From positions 1,302,001-1,366,000 of the forward strand of contig CM052816.1 of assembly GCA_028534125.1 (NCBI GenBank): 64,000 nt of DNA, in the 5' to 3' direction. A model generated the notes under the pieces. It saw only the letters and a list, made by a program, of their open reading frames with translations. It did no database searches and was not told the origin of the DNA. Position 1 is the stretch's first letter; the number at the start of each line of letters is the position of its first letter. A program made the translations under genes and the position numbers. Positions 33,190 to 45,985 of this stretch are shown here, piece after piece. Source of the DNA: Lama glama (Eukaryota).

Positions 33190-36100
33190 AATATTTACTC
33201 TACCTGACAAGGATTTTACAACTCGAGAAGGAAAGGTAGGCAGTCCTGCTTCTAATGAGTTAGTGCAAATCCTGATTACGACGTAAGTTATTCAAAGTCT
33301 CGATGGCATTCTGAAATTGCCTTTATGGAAAATTCCTTATCATGAAGTCATTGTGCATTTGATCAGGTCTGAAGAAGTCAGCTCAGAACTGCAGCAGCAG
33401 GCGTGCTGACGACGACACGCACGCCAGTGGCCCCTGCTCTCTGGCCCCAGGGTCAAGGCTGGGGTGGTTCTTGCAGACACGTAACCCAGCAGCACCTTTC
33501 AGGCTCACGCCCAGAACCAGGTGACTCCCAGGTCACGGCAGATTTTGTGTATCAAAAATTTTAACTAAGCTTTATAAGTCTGTCTTTGTGCAGAGTGATG
33601 GGAATGACCAGGAAGTACTATAAAGGCAAACGAACTGGGAGAGATCTGGTTTTAAGTGTCTAATAGTTTTTCTCATGACAGTATCTCAAAGCTGTTATAA
33701 ATCAGATTTTCATTTTTTACAAAACAGAACTCGGTGGTATTTAAAATCTAGACATACCGTATTGCTGTTTCCCTTCCATCGCTTTAGTTGCTTAATATTT
33801 AAGCTTTGCTTCATGGTACCTTCGTCTGTATTTCAAAATCTTCACAAGCCTATTTCATTTTGTAGACTTGAATGACAAAAATTGTTTCTCATCTAAAGTA
33901 TGCTGAGACTTAACTGTTAAAGAAAGTTGTGTAACATTTATCCAATAAAGTCTTGATTTTTAAAAAAAAAGTTATTTAAAGCCTCTTTGTTTACTTTTTA
34001 GGAGTTAGGTTTAAAAGGTTATTTTTTAAGCTGTTAAAATTCAACCGCTTGTCCTTCAGGGAGCTGTTCCAGGTAGCACTGCTCCTCAGGGGAACAGCCT
34101 GGAGTTTTAATCACTGGGCGACTTTATGGGCTCTTTATGAGCAAGGATAGAGGAAGGGAGAGTAGTTTAGGATCCTGTGCACAAACATTACTGTTTTCTT
34201 TTCTGGTGGAAACGAATAACCTACCATTCAGAGTTGGATGTAATTAAACAAGCATCTACTGGTTGGTTGGCTGGTTTTAATTTTAAGGAGTCCTGCCCTT
34301 ATGGATAAATGGTTGCTTCTTTAAAAGCCCAGTATGTCCAGTGTGAGGTCAAGTGACCAGAAGCACTCAGCTGTCTTGAAAAATTTGCCTCTGGAAACTA
34401 CCAGATGACATTTTTTTTTTTTAGGGCTGACCCAGAAACTTCGGTCAGTGTGCCTTTTTTTTTTTCCATTTGAGTGAAGCAATCCCTTAGAAGGCTGCCT
34501 GCTATTCCAGAGGATACGTGGCGTCTTTAATCGCAAACATTCTCCCATTTCAGTTTATCTAATGAGTATAAAAAGGAGGCCACTGGAATCCGGGTCTGTT
34601 GATACCTCTTTTTTCCCACAAGTTTCCCACAAATGAAAATGGAAGTAGAGAACCAGGGAAGGTAAACACGTCATGTGCATGTCAACTGGGAAGGCCTGCG
34701 GGAGCCCCCTCCAGGGCCAGCGCTCCTCATCCTGTATCTGTGTCACTACGCTTACAGACACAACTTCTACAAGACACAGATGCAACCTGGGACCTCCAGG
34801 ACGCTGTCTTAGATGAGGAAGCATGAGTTTAGACTGACGCCCTCAAACATGTACTGTAGACCCTGTTCCAGCATCGCCCTGGTTGGTTCTCTTCACATCT
34901 GTCATGTCTGATGGCTTCAGAGCCCCAGCGCCTGACAGGCGTCCCCATCCGCGTAGGCCGTATTTCTCAGCAAGCTAGAACTAGCAGCTGGGACTGAATC
35001 ACGGCCACAGAGGGTAAGCTGCGGTTTCCCCGGCAGTGGGGCAGCCGCTCCTCCGCGCTTCAGCTAAGGGGGGAATGCGAGCTTCCCGAGCGTCCCCTGG
35101 AGGGGAGGGAAGCAGAAGGTACAGGGAGTCGTAATCCTTGTCTGGCTGACAGACATTAACTCCTACGCAGGGGGGCCTGTTCCTAGCTTACAGCTAGCTC
35201 AGAGGGCTGGGGAATCAGAAGAAAACTCAGATGAACCGCATGTACCCATCCCTAGCTTCAACAATTACCAACTTGCAGCCAAGAAGGGTGAAATTTTTGA
35301 TGCTCCGAAATGTAAGCACATCCTCACTAGTTTTCATAAAGTAATTTTATCACTAAAGGGTTTCTTCACCCTTTGAAGGGCTTTAAGCAGTCAGATGCTC
35401 TGGTTATTTCGGCCCCATCTCCTGGGCTGGCTGGTAGCAAGTGGTCCATTTCTCATTTTCAGGGGCATGAATGGACTTGGTCTAGTGTGGGCTCAGGACT
35501 GCTTTCCACACAACAGAAGGAAGTGACTGCAAATGATCACCTCCTTCCTCTGCATAGCTACGCAGCTCCCTAGAGGAACAGGCTTTCCAGCCACTTCTGG
35601 TGGGATGTCTACATCCTTTTTTAAAGGAAATCCAAGTGATGGAAGGAATAAGCTTGTTACCATAGAAGTGCAGGGGGGTGGGGCTGAAAGGGTCATAAAC
35701 ATGTCACTGAAACTGCCTCCAGATTTCACTAGGGTGAGGGGTGTGTATCAGGTACACAGCACACACTGACAGGCGTGTTAGACAGAGAGTTCAATGCCTT
35801 AAGAAATAAGGGAGAGACAAGGCAGGGAGGTGACAGGCAGGATCAAAAGGGGGCGTGATCCCAGAAAGCAACATGGACAGGACAGCGGGCTGGCAGTGAC
35901 CACCGGGCTGCAGGCTCAGCGGCACCAGCGAGGCTGAACTCGGGCAGCCCCAGGCCTGCCTTTCACGCAGAGGCAAGTTGACGGGAAAGCACAGACAGCC
36001 GGGAGGAAAGGGCAGGTGCCTGAACTACCGATTTCTCCTGTCCCATGTGATGGCTCAGATTTGCACTCTGGTCTTGGAAGGTTATTGGGCCCTTCCCTTT

Positions 36101-38579
36101 AAAGACCTTTCTCAAGAAGATTAAAGCAGCCATTAACCTGAATGGCTGTTCCCATCCTCCCTGGTCTATCACAGCCTTCCCCTTTGACATTCCAAGTTTC
36201 ACTAAACCGGTTGCAAAGACAGGATTTGCAGGTCTGCTCAGCTCTTGGGCTCAGACAGACAACCTTACGAACACACCTTCCCATCAGGTTTACATCTCAC
36301 GGCTGCTGGCAGCGCCCCACTCCACAACAGTCCAACCAGACAGTAACCCGCCACCAAGAAGGCCCTGTGTCTGGTCTTCCTAAAGCTGCCTGCATTCCAG
36401 CTTGCGAGCTGAGAGGTGGACGGCAGCCGTGGTCCTGGAGGCCACACAGAGACCCAGGGAGCAGAGACCGCGGCCAGGCCCAGCAGCGTTCGCCAAAGCG
36501 GTCCCGTCCCTTCACCTACGCACACTGCTGCCGGAACGACGACTCCTGTCCTCTACGGACTAAAACGTTCACGCCTTTGACTATACCTGAGCAAGTCTGG
36601 AGGTCCAGTGCTTGAAGTCTTGTCACTTTACCGAGGCTCAGATGCAGGCCCAGGGCTGCGGTGTTGCGTCATTAGCTAGCAGGCTCGGCCACTCCCAGCC
36701 TCCGCATCTCCGGTGGTAACCTCCTCTATTCCTAGAAGCACAGTAACTCGTACAGCGATAAGGCAGGCAACCACTGCAGGGTGGGACAAGGGGCAGAAGG
36801 ACAGGGGGAGAGGAACTCAGCCGCAGGGCTTGTGACAGAAGGGGGACGCATGGCGAGTCTTAGAGTTCTTAGAAAAAGAGGTTGAATTTTAAGAATAGAA
36901 TTTAACCATGGTTCAGATCCATGATGTGAGAAAATGAACTAACCCATGGTGCACTCCGCACAGAAAAACTGCCACACGAGTGTGAATCTGCTGTAGTAAC
37001 AGTGCCGGTGCCCCGGGCGAGCCTCTGCAGAGGCTCCGGTGAGTGGAAAAGCTGCTCACGTGCAGGTTAGCACAGAGCGGGGACATCTACAAACACAAGA
37101 CGGAAATGTGACCTGGGAGAAGGAGGGGAGGCTGAAACTAGAGGACAAGCTGGGGACTCCTCAAAGTCCCAAGACAAATCCTTGTAAATATCCAAAAATG
37201 AAAATGTAAAAACCAGAAGACGTGCTCACAGGCCACGCTGAATGATCACCACCTGAGGACGGTCTACGTGACCACCCAAGGTGGGCTCGACTGGCTTAAA
37301 TATTTACCCAATACCTTTTTAAGAAAACTTCGCGAAGGGTGTAATGACTAGATTCACTGCTGAGAAATCCTCGCTGAGTCCTCCAAACTGACTGGAACTG
37401 CACACAGATCCGAACGAAAACACTTCTGCAGGGAATTAACCGGGGCCTTAAGGGCCAGGGGGACGAGGCTGTTCTGGGCAGCACGTGGGGAGTCGCGGAT
37501 CAGCCCACTGGCCCGACTTGGGGAGACCCAGATGCTGCCTTTCGCTGCCTCCCACCACATTCCTTGGCAAGTGAAAAAGAGCACGTAAACCGCCTGACAT
37601 TTGAAATCACTTTGCTGGGTCTTAAAATTTTGAAGATGACTAGCTCCTCCTTGTCTCGAGAGGACAGATAGCAGTTAGTAGCAAAGGAGACGCTTTAAAA
37701 ACCAGGTGCTAAATAAAGACCCCAGAGATCTCGGGACGTTTGGATAGAATGGCTGTCCACACTGAGACCACTTTTGTGGAACAGCCTTTAAAACCAATTT
37801 CTCAGTTCCAAGTAGAGCAGTAGGTGCTGGTGCTATTAACGTAAGTATGGCCCTTACCTGCTAGGAGCCCACGTCTATTCAAGGAGGCAGACAGGTAACA
37901 GGTCACAGTATTAAAAAGAATGTTTGAGTCTTCAAGGAAATTATAGGAGATCCAAAATTATTCTGATCCATTGCAATGTCCCTGGCGTGAGAACATACAC
38001 CATGTCACAGTGTGACTGTTTTAAAAGCAAACTCTGGTATACTTGCTTTGGTGTGGGAAGGAAGGCACCACAGAACTTCAATCGTACATCTCAGCAGGAG
38101 GCGGCAAATGCAGGCCCCCTTCCTCCCCCTTCCTCCACTCTTTCTACTTTCAACCCTTTCAGGACTTTTCTATAGTCAAACATTTTGAGCAGGTTTGAAT
38201 CCATCTCTTCCAGATTTTGGAAGCAGAGAAGTTAACGGTAGTAGATAAACAACTTGGCTTAAGCAAACTCATGCCTACTTAGATCCCCTTCCTTTCCTTT
38301 CCAGACACATGACTTGGCTCGCTCACTAGAAGCATTTCGTGTTGGCCTTGTTTGGCCTCCTGCAAAATTTCAGTGAGGCGCTGGAGGGGAAGGTGGAGGA
38401 GGAAGGAGGCCTAAGAAGCAAAACCTCTACCCCCTGCGGCAGTGGTGGCGTCTCAAGAAAGGCTCCTTCTAGGCAAACAAGTCTATTTCCTGTTCCTTGA
38501 GGCTCAGAAAGTCCTTCAGGAATCTCAGCCTTGACCGTCGCTTAGTCTCAGCAATTGAGCTCAACAGTGACGTGACAGA

Positions 38580-38960
38580 GTGGCTCTCAGGGCAGCTCCG
38601 GGGCTCCCGGGGTTCCTGAGACCCCTTCAGCTGTCCATGGGGTCAAAACTGTCTTCACAGTGGTTACGAAATAATCTCTTTCATAAGAGGCTGCTTTTCC
38701 ACCATCATTCTGTCACAAATACACAGAATTTTCCAGGCTACATGTCGTGATATATCGTGACCAAACGAGCACAGAAGCAGACGTGAGAATCATGCTACCT
38801 TCCATCAAGCCACACGCTAGAGAGATCTGCAAACTGTGTAAAAAAAAAAAATTCCCTCTTCTTACTAAAATGTGATTTTTAGAAGATATTGTTCTAAAAA
38901 GATTATCATATTAACATAAAATGTATTTGTTAGTTTTAAACGAATTAACTAAGTATTTAA
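38580..38960. mobile_element. hAT-Charlie1-like DNA transposon fragment
   Basis: 'cctgagaccccttcag...ggggtcaaaact...gaagcagacgtgagaatcatgctaccttccatcaagccacac...agagatctgcaaa' resembles Charlie-family sequence. Confidence 0.5.
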
Positions 38961-39712
38961 TACATTTCTCAGCTTTAATTTCCAGTATGGTAAGTATCAA
39001 GAGGCCTGAGAACTGCTGCCAGAACCCAGGCCGCGCAGGACGCATGCACCACCAACAGCTGGGCCGCACGGCTTCCGGCCAAGGTTTCTGTACCACCTGG
39101 GTGACTTCTCACATACCTTTCGGGGGAAACCAGGTGCCAGATTTATCATAAAGAGAGCAAAGCCAAAGTAACCACACTGCTTCTCCTTTCTCCTTTCCCC
39201 CTATAAACTGCATGGAGGATTTTATTTCGACCTGGGAGGCAGGCTTGGCAAAGCACACCCAAACCGTAAGAACGGAAAGCTTTTCACCAGCAGCCATGAC
39301 TAGGGAAAAAGAACCTACCGCCCCGGAAACGCCCGGGTCCACGTAGCCTAAAAGGACACGGCTTTGTTCGGGGGTTCACATACCGTCATTCCTGAACGAA
39401 GTCATTTTAAGTGGAAATTACTGAGGTTGACGCCCGGTCAAAACCACTGACGTCCATCACCCGCACAAACCCGCAGAGGCCGAGACGGCACGCGGGGCGG
39501 AGTGCCTGAATTCGAGGGCATGGCAGAACGGGCATCTCTTCAGGATCATCTTCAAGGTGGAAACCAAGACGCGGGGCAGATCTGTGGAATCCAGCCACAC
39601 CCCGTAACACCACTGGACACCAACACTGCTCCTAAAGCTAGAAACGCCTTCCTCTTGAGCTGTCATCACAGGGACAAAATCCACAACCCAGCTCAGACCA
39701 TCACAGAACGCG

Positions 39713-39718
39713 TTTATT
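39713..39718 (-). terminator. TTC1: Candidate TTC1 polyadenylation signal
   Basis: Minus-strand AATAAA about 475 nt past the stop, followed by GU-rich sequence on the minus strand. Confidence 0.65.
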
Positions 39719-40192
39719 ACCACAGAGGAAATCACGAGATGCTGGAGCCCGCACATGGCAGCCTGGGCGGCATGTGTGATAGGGAAGAGGGGACGGCAGG
39801 GGGGAGCCCCACCAACTGTGGCTGGGCAGCCTCTGGCAGGCAGGTTTGCTCGGCCTGGGAGACTCTGGCTGGGTTTGTTTCTGAGGAGCCTGGGGGAGGT
39901 GAGCCTCGACAAGCAGGCTTTCTCCTGGACAAAATAAAGGACAGCCAGAACCAGGGCAACAGCTGCACAGCCACCACCCTAAAATGGAAATCAAATTAGG
40001 CTCATTACAACAGGAAGTGCATTTAGCCCTGATCATAAAACAAGGGGCAGAGGGGAGCACTGGGCTCTACTGGATAGCCTGTCTTGGAGATAAGATGCTT
40101 TTAAAAGTTAAACATTGTTAGGGCCCTTCCCCTCGCTAACAGCAAGCAGCACACAATTTCCAAGCCAGCTTTAAAAGCTATTGTTATCTCTG

Positions 40193-40326
40193 TTATCTGT
40201 TATTATTTGGATTTTGAACAAAATTGATGGAGTAGGAGCCAGTAGAGGAATCCTGTTTGATCTGGAAATTTTCTGTGGAGAGTCCGAAAGGCCGGAGAAC
40301 CAAGTTCCCGAGATCTTTTAGTTTAC
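40193..40326 (-). CDS. TTC1: TTC1 last coding exon
   Basis: cag|GTAAACTAAAA...; (G)[46 protein letters not shown], the TTC1 C-terminus; 134 nt. Confidence 0.95.
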
Positions 40327-43300
40327 CTGCAATGTAAAAGCAGAAACTGCAATAAATACCGTCAGCAGAACGACCCCCCTCGACCCTGTCTTACTGTCTG
40401 GTTACAACACAGAAAGGGTATCTCTCTGCAGCTAAAAAACTCCTGCTTTTGAAATCATGCAAACTCCGGCCCCCAGTCTGCCCTCAGCACTGCCGTCACC
40501 TCAGCGCCCTCCACCCCGCGCCGCTGCTTGAGCAGAGGACATGAGGGAGCCCTCCTGGGAGGGCAACGCGCCCTGTCCAGCCTGGCCAGGGCCGCCAGGG
40601 CCACGGGCGCCAGGACCAGCGGCGGGCCCCCGGGGACAGCCGCTCCTGCGGGCGGAAGGCCAGGCCCCGCTGCCTGGCGGGGAGGGTGGAGGTCCCTCCA
40701 AATCTCTTCTCCATGGAACAGCAGAGCCACTTGCCGACTCTGATTCCACTGGACCTGGGTTCAAACTCAAGAGCCTCCCGCTTTTCTAAGCACAGCCCTG
40801 CTTCCACTCCAGGCTCGTCATTTCTTGGGACACAGGAGATCTGATTCACGTGCACAGCACCGCCACCCTCCGCAGCCCAGTCTCCTCCCCGCGAGTTTCA
40901 GGCTGTATTTATTCATCACCAGGTGAGTTCAATTCATGAAGCCAAAATTAAGATACACAGTATAACCATGGATTTTTATGCTGATTCGACATAACTAGAG
41001 GTCCATGGAGTTTATATAAAAGTTGGAGACTCCAGGACATCTCAGAGATTTTAAGGATTGGTGCGGCAACAGGATGGAATATTTGAAACTAAGAGAGTTT
41101 TGGAAAATTGTGGCTAGCATGGGAGAACACATATTTCACCCGTTTCTAAACTGTTCTTATTTTTCTTGCAGGTCTGCTTCCAGTGGAGATGGGGACTTCT
41201 GTGGGTAAAAAGGAAAGAAGCCCCTGACCATCAGAACTGCAGGTTCCTTCCCACCTGCCCTCTTTAGCAGCTTTGTCCCTCTGAGGCCTCCCACCTTGAA
41301 GTAAACCCCAGGTCAAAAACTTAGGACGCGTGGCCTTCAAATGTCAAGGGCTTTCCTAGTAACTCTCGGAGAGAGCTTTGGGACTCAGTCGAAGACTCAG
41401 CCCCCAGAAGCTCATCACGTTCTGAGAAAGCTCCCTAAACCGAGACCGACCGCTCTCCAGGCACGCTTTCCAAACGTAAACCCGGACACACGCTCAGTGC
41501 TGCCGACGGGGGCGATCCCTGGCACCGACGCCATCCCCGCACACAGGTAGCAGCATGGAGAGGCCACAGCTAGACGGACGCGTGGGTGGGGACCACGGCA
41601 AGCTGGGAACAACAGGGCCTCCCTAGGGAAGCGTGAATCGGCCAGAACCGGCAGCGTGCCGGGCGGCCGGGGAGAGAGGACAGGGAAGAAGCAGGCCTTT
41701 AAAGCCCAGTAAGCCCCACACGCCGCTGCCGCACGGGCCCCGGCCCTCCTGACGCGGAGGGAACGAGGCGACAGCGAGCCTCCTGGGCCGCTCGCGCCAC
41801 ACCCCGCAGGAGCAGCCTCTGTCTTGGGGCCACTCCGCCTGTGCGCCACGCCTCTGCCCCTGCCTGGGAGGAGGGGGCACTGCCGGGTCCACCCCCACTG
41901 CCAAGACAAAGTCTAAAGTGCAAACATACATTTATTTGGTGTCTGCCATATGAGGCACCGGGATCTCAAGGGTACAAGTTATTCTTGGCTTTCGAGATGC
42001 TCACAGTCTGCTGGGGAGACAGACACAAGACTGGGGTGAGCCCAGAGGAGCGCTCAGGCCCTCAGGGGTGTGAGGAGGAGTCTCAGCAGAGACAAGGCTC
42101 CGCGTGCTCTGAGGATGGGGAGGATGCCACTGTGCCTGGAGACGGCCACAAAGCACGGGCACAGACACTCAAACTGCAGACGGAGAGGGAGCGTGGGGCG
42201 CTCTGCAGGCCTCACTGCCTGACTGGCTGCAGACCTGCCCACCACGAGGAGCCGTGAGCTCCAGCTCGGCTGCTGGCACGGAGCGGCCGTCACGAACACG
42301 TGCTTCTCCAGATGCAGGGAGCACGGCTGCTGCGCGTCCCACGGCTGTTCCCAGGCACCGGCCAAGCACGGAGGGGACAGGACAGGGACTCCTCTGACAG
42401 GTAACTCTGGCTCCCCGGTGGCTTTGCTGAGAAGCCCTTGGCACTACACCGCGGCCCAGGCCTCCGACAACCACAACCCCCGTCTCCTCTGCAGGGATCC
42501 TACAGGGCTCCCTCCCACCTCCAGCTGCCGCCCATGGCCTCACGGTCCCCTGCAGGTGTTTCCCCAATGAACATCTTGCATTTCTAATCCAAGCGTGGCT
42601 TGTTTCTCCAAGGTCCCAACCTAACACACATGGCATCACTCTTTCTCCTTTTTTCTTGTATCTCTGCCTTGGTAACACTCCACAACAGTCTATGATCTCC
42701 AGAATAGCAAACGGCCGATGGGAAGTTCTGCTTGCTAAACAGAAAACATCCATAAGGTCCCTGGCAGGTAGCAGACACCCAATAAAGACGCAGGATTAAA
42801 TTGTCTCCACGCTAGAGAAGACCTGCGGTCACCTTTTAGTGCACAACCAACTACTAAGTACTACGTGAGGTAGGGATGCAAGGATATAGAACACGATCTT
42901 CACACCAGAACAAGCTCAGATATGCTGGAAGACACAGGCGGAAGCCAGCTCACATGTGGCTGAGATATAAAACGCTAGGAGAGTCAGTAAGAGGAAGAGC
43001 CCTTCCAGCCTGGGCAGGGAGGAGGGCCATCTGGCGGAGCTCTGTGTGTGAGCCTGCATTTGAATCTCCACCAAGGCAGACACAGGACCACAACCATCTG
43101 GGATGGGGGGAGTGTGCAGGGCGGGCAAAGGTGGTTTGAGCAAATGTAGGGAGACAGGCAGGCAAGGGTGGGAAGTGTGTCCAATGGGCTGACAGGGAGG
43201 CGGAAGGACCCAGATGGCAGGCTTTGTGAGCCAGGCCCAGAGGTCTACGGCTCCTGTGTCAGGGCGAAGCCCACTGATGGTTTGGGAGTAGCTTTCAGGG

Positions 43301-43454
43301 TTAATCATGCTGTGGGACAAAGTGAAAAACGAACAAGAGAAGGAGAGCCTGGAGGTGGTTCTGACAGAAAGTTAGTGCAACATAATGGGAAAGAGGCCAT
43401 TTCTTCATTAAACAAACATCTGATGTCTACAGTGTTGGGTAAAGCAGCTTTGAA

Positions 43455-43665
43455 ATTAGGGGATGGGGTTAACAGACAGAAACTACTACATGTAAAATAG
43501 ATAGGCAACACGGATGTCCCTGGGAATTATACCCACTGTCTTGTAATAACCTCAAATGGAGAGTAATCTGCAAAAATACTGACTCACTATGCCGTACACC
43601 TGAACCTAACACAATACTGTAAGTCAACTATACTTCAGTAACAACAAACAAACAAACAAAACAAG
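43455..43665 (+). mobile_element. L1 3'-end fragment with (CAAA)n tail
   Basis: 'tcttgtaataacctcaaatggagagtaatctgcaaaaatactgactcactatgccgtacacctgaacctaacacaatactgtaagtcaactatacttca'. Confidence 0.75.
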
Positions 43666-45829
43666 CTCCGAAGTCAGCACGGGGCCAGTGGGAACTAAGA
43701 GGGCAGAGCACACCATTAAGGTAGAACCGAGAAGTTTTTGGCGTCTGCACAGCCCACCTCTTACTGTTTACGACGGTGGCAGAGAAGCACCTTCAGCAGA
43801 GACCACGTGTACACAGTCACACACAGATTCTCCTGCTGCCGCCCGGAGTCAGGCTGGGCGCTCAGAGATCAGAGCAGCGCCTCTGTACCCGAGACAGGGT
43901 CCTCTGCCAAAGGAGCCGACCTGCCACACTTCCCACCGCCTGCCAAACCCTACGTCTCCCCTGAGCTGGGCAGTGAGCAGTAGGCTCCCTTACTTCCACT
44001 TGTGGCAAGTCTGGCACCAGCACTCAGCCTGGACGTGTCCACAGGTGCCGAACCGTCAGGATCTCTTCCATCAGACGAGATCCCATGGCAAAGAGAAGAG
44101 CTCAGCACTGCTTGTGCTCAGACAAGAATGGCTGTGACTGGAGATTAATGCCCGTTCTGATGAATAGTAATTTCTGTGCCTCCAAGCAACAGCGTCTCAT
44201 GCTAATCCAAATGACTCATTATGCGTGACTTCTCTTTGGAGATACTGACAGTGCAGGAGTCAGTTTACCTTGAGGAGAGCCAGGAAGGCCATCTGCCTCC
44301 ACCTCTCTAAGACCACTGGGGTTTGAGCCCAATGCAAGAGGTCCTTTGGGACCTTCTCCTACTTGGAAAACCAAAACGCATACAAAAGAATCCTGAAATG
44401 GCATTTCCTCTTATGAGGCAGGAAACTAAGCCATTGGCTGACTCCTGCTTTCCTCTGAGCAAAAGGCAGATTAAGAGGTACCACAGAAGAGAGAAGATAA
44501 AATTCACACCCAATTCAAATGCTTATTTTAGCTCCTGGGTGAAAGTAGAGGCTGAAACAAGACTTACCAAGAACTGTCCAAGCGGCAGGAGTGATCCTCC
44601 CACGAGCAGAAGCTACAGGAGTAGCGACTAGGAAGTGCAGCAAACAGCAGGGAACCAGAAACCCAGAACTCACACCCCCCACCCCGAGGGGCGGCAGCAA
44701 CACAGAGCCGGCCAGCGCGCAGGGCACGGCATGTGCACAGTCTGTAATGAGCACCAGGCAGGGTGGAAGGAAGAGAAACGGGAAAAAACGACCCTGGATT
44801 TCCATACCCACACGTGTGGCTTCAGGAGTTTTAAGGACCAGTAACAATTTTGAGTCTGTCTTGTAATCTTCAGTAAGGGAACTGATTCTAGAACCTTCTA
44901 CTTGCAGAGTGGAGAAGCACATAATGCACAAGAATAGCTGAGAAAGAATGTGCCGCATCCTCGCAATGACAATGAACAAATCACTTCCAGGCCCGTATCT
45001 TGAATGTGGATCATAAAAAGGCAGTGTTCTTAATTCAATTCACAAAAGGATGCGAGTGGCCAGGAGTGAACACCTGAGGAACTTCAGGAATCAGGAGATG
45101 ACAAACATGTTCCAAGAAGGTGGAAGGAGGGACAGTCCACATGGAAAACCTGGGCTGGATGATGACCAAGGCCCCTGTGTGAGCGGGAGGGATCGGATGC
45201 CAGTGACAGGAAGACAGGGTTGCTGGGGCCACGCCCTGCCCATGGCTCTGGGTCCTTTGGGGGAATCAGTGACTGTCCTGTCCTGGCTCTAGATTTCCCG
45301 GGTCGGAACAGCCACCTGGCAGCTCTCGGCTGAGGCAGGAAGAGCAAATATCATGGAATGGTTGGAATACAAACTATACACGCTGCTGGGACACCCCCCA
45401 CCCAGGACCTGGGTGGTCTTTCCTACCCACTCGGCAAACGGCAACGACCTGCAGTGAGCTGCCTTGGCCTCTCCAGTGGCAGCCTGTCCGAACAGACACT
45501 GGCAATGAAAGCAGGCGAGGGACGGCTTGCCACAGAGAGCTGTCGCACATCTCAAGCCTAGTGAATGAGGAGAGCACACATTCTGAAACGTCTACTTTCT
45601 ACTTTTTCTCTGCTGCAATCACGGCATGAGGAGGGAAAGATAAACTCAGACACATGCCTGCTTCTGCTCAGGAGGGATCTCTCCAAGCAGAGCTGCTGAA
45701 CACACCCCTGCCTATCACCGCGATGGCCACACCCCATCCTGCCTCAGTGCTCCTGGCTGTGCCTGCGCTTGCACTGCCCTCTTCCTCACCAATCATACCC
45801 ATAAATCAGTGCAGATGAACCTGAGTGAG

Positions 45830-45985
45830 TGTGCATCAGTAAAGCCTAGAGGGGCGGCTAAGACTCAAAGTGGTGGGCCTCACCCCTGATCTCTGATTCA
45901 GTAGCCTGGGGTGGGCTGGAAAATGTGCTTTTTGGACAAGTTCTCACATGAGGCTGGTCTGGACACTGTATTTGGAGAACCACCC
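45830..45985. mobile_element. MER5A-like hAT fragment
   Basis: 'gggcctcacccctgatctctgattcagtagcctggggtgggctggaaaatgtgctttttggacaagttctc...tgctggtctggacactgtatttggagaaccac' pattern. Confidence 0.6.

Noticed and set aside
32671..33210. 179-aa ORF
   Set aside because: Artefact of translating the N gap
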